A program made the position numbers and the translations under genes. Positions 20,395 to 20,838 of a DNA stretch of 20,838 nt are shown here, piece by piece (position 1 is the first letter of the stretch; the number at the start of each line of letters is the position of its first letter). This DNA is from Octopus sinensis (lineage: Eukaryota), in assembly GCF_006345805.1 (NCBI RefSeq), contig NW_021823827.1, positions 1-20,838 of the forward strand, written 5' to 3'. The notes beneath the pieces were generated by a model. It was not told where the DNA came from and searched no databases. It was given only the letters and a program-made list of their open reading frames with translations.

Positions 20395-20838
20395 TACCCT
20401 AGGCACAAGGCCCGAAATTTTGAGGGAGGGAGCCAGTCGATCAGATAGACCCCAGTACGCAACTGGTACTTAATTCATCGGCCCCGAACGGATGAAAGGC
20501 AAAGTCGACCTCGGCGGAATTTGAACTCAGAACGTAGACATACGAAACACAGTTAAGCATTTCGCCCGGCGTGCTAACGTTTCTTATTTCTTTATTGCTC
20601 ACAAGGGGCTAAACATAGAGGGGAGATACAAGGACAGACAAAGGGCTTAAGTCGTTAACATCATCCCCAGGATGAAAGGCAGAGTTGACCTCGGCAGAAT
20701 ATGAAGTCAGAACGTAACGGCAGACGAAATACCGCTAAGCATTTCGTCCAGTGCGCTAACGTTTCTGCCAGCTCACAGCCTTAGATTGTTCTATATTCTT
20801 GTCTACTCTAGGCACAAGGCCCGAAATTTTGAGGGAGG
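20395..20838 (-). mobile_element. Cluster of family 4 SINEs: 20395-20584 (5'-clipped), 20585-20782 (internally deleted) and a tail from 20790 running off the window
   Basis: Matches to 18470-18704. Segment 20373-20429 is repeated at 20782-20838. Confidence 0.85.

Noticed and set aside
848-20406. All ORFs in the supplied six-frame track as genes
   Set aside because: They are stop-poor read-throughs of microsatellites (YLSI, MYVC, poly-R/K/D/H/N/Y), short SINE-spanning frames or short frames with no recognisable domain.

Overview
Gene-free, AT-rich eukaryotic DNA made almost entirely of microsatellites and decayed transposable elements. The repeat families resemble those I recall from octopus genomes; this is an inference, not a search result. 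No intact protein-coding gene, RNA gene or CRISPR array is supported. Almost all listed ORFs are read-throughs of simple repeats; the rest show no recognisable product. Real coding relics, none recognisable from the ORF track, are a nearly full-length but dead Tigger/pogo transposase (~8367-9800, +), a deleted maT/DD37D transposase (9897-10330, +), the C-terminus of a HERO-like RLE non-LTR retrotransposon (18775-18965, -) and the last codons of a mariner transposase inside a MITE (18019-18087, -). The window also holds at least four tRNA-SINE families, a hAT MITE, a (TAA)n-associated retroposon and a foldback-like element. I found no convincing new biological system. The best leads are an unclassified microsatellite-associated repeat family that forms a 305-bp palindrome (possibly Penelope-like), a 350-bp orphan insert with a 17-bp target duplication, and a MITE apparently built from two copies of one mariner end. 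Boundaries were read by eye and are approximate unless a TSD or TIR is given.
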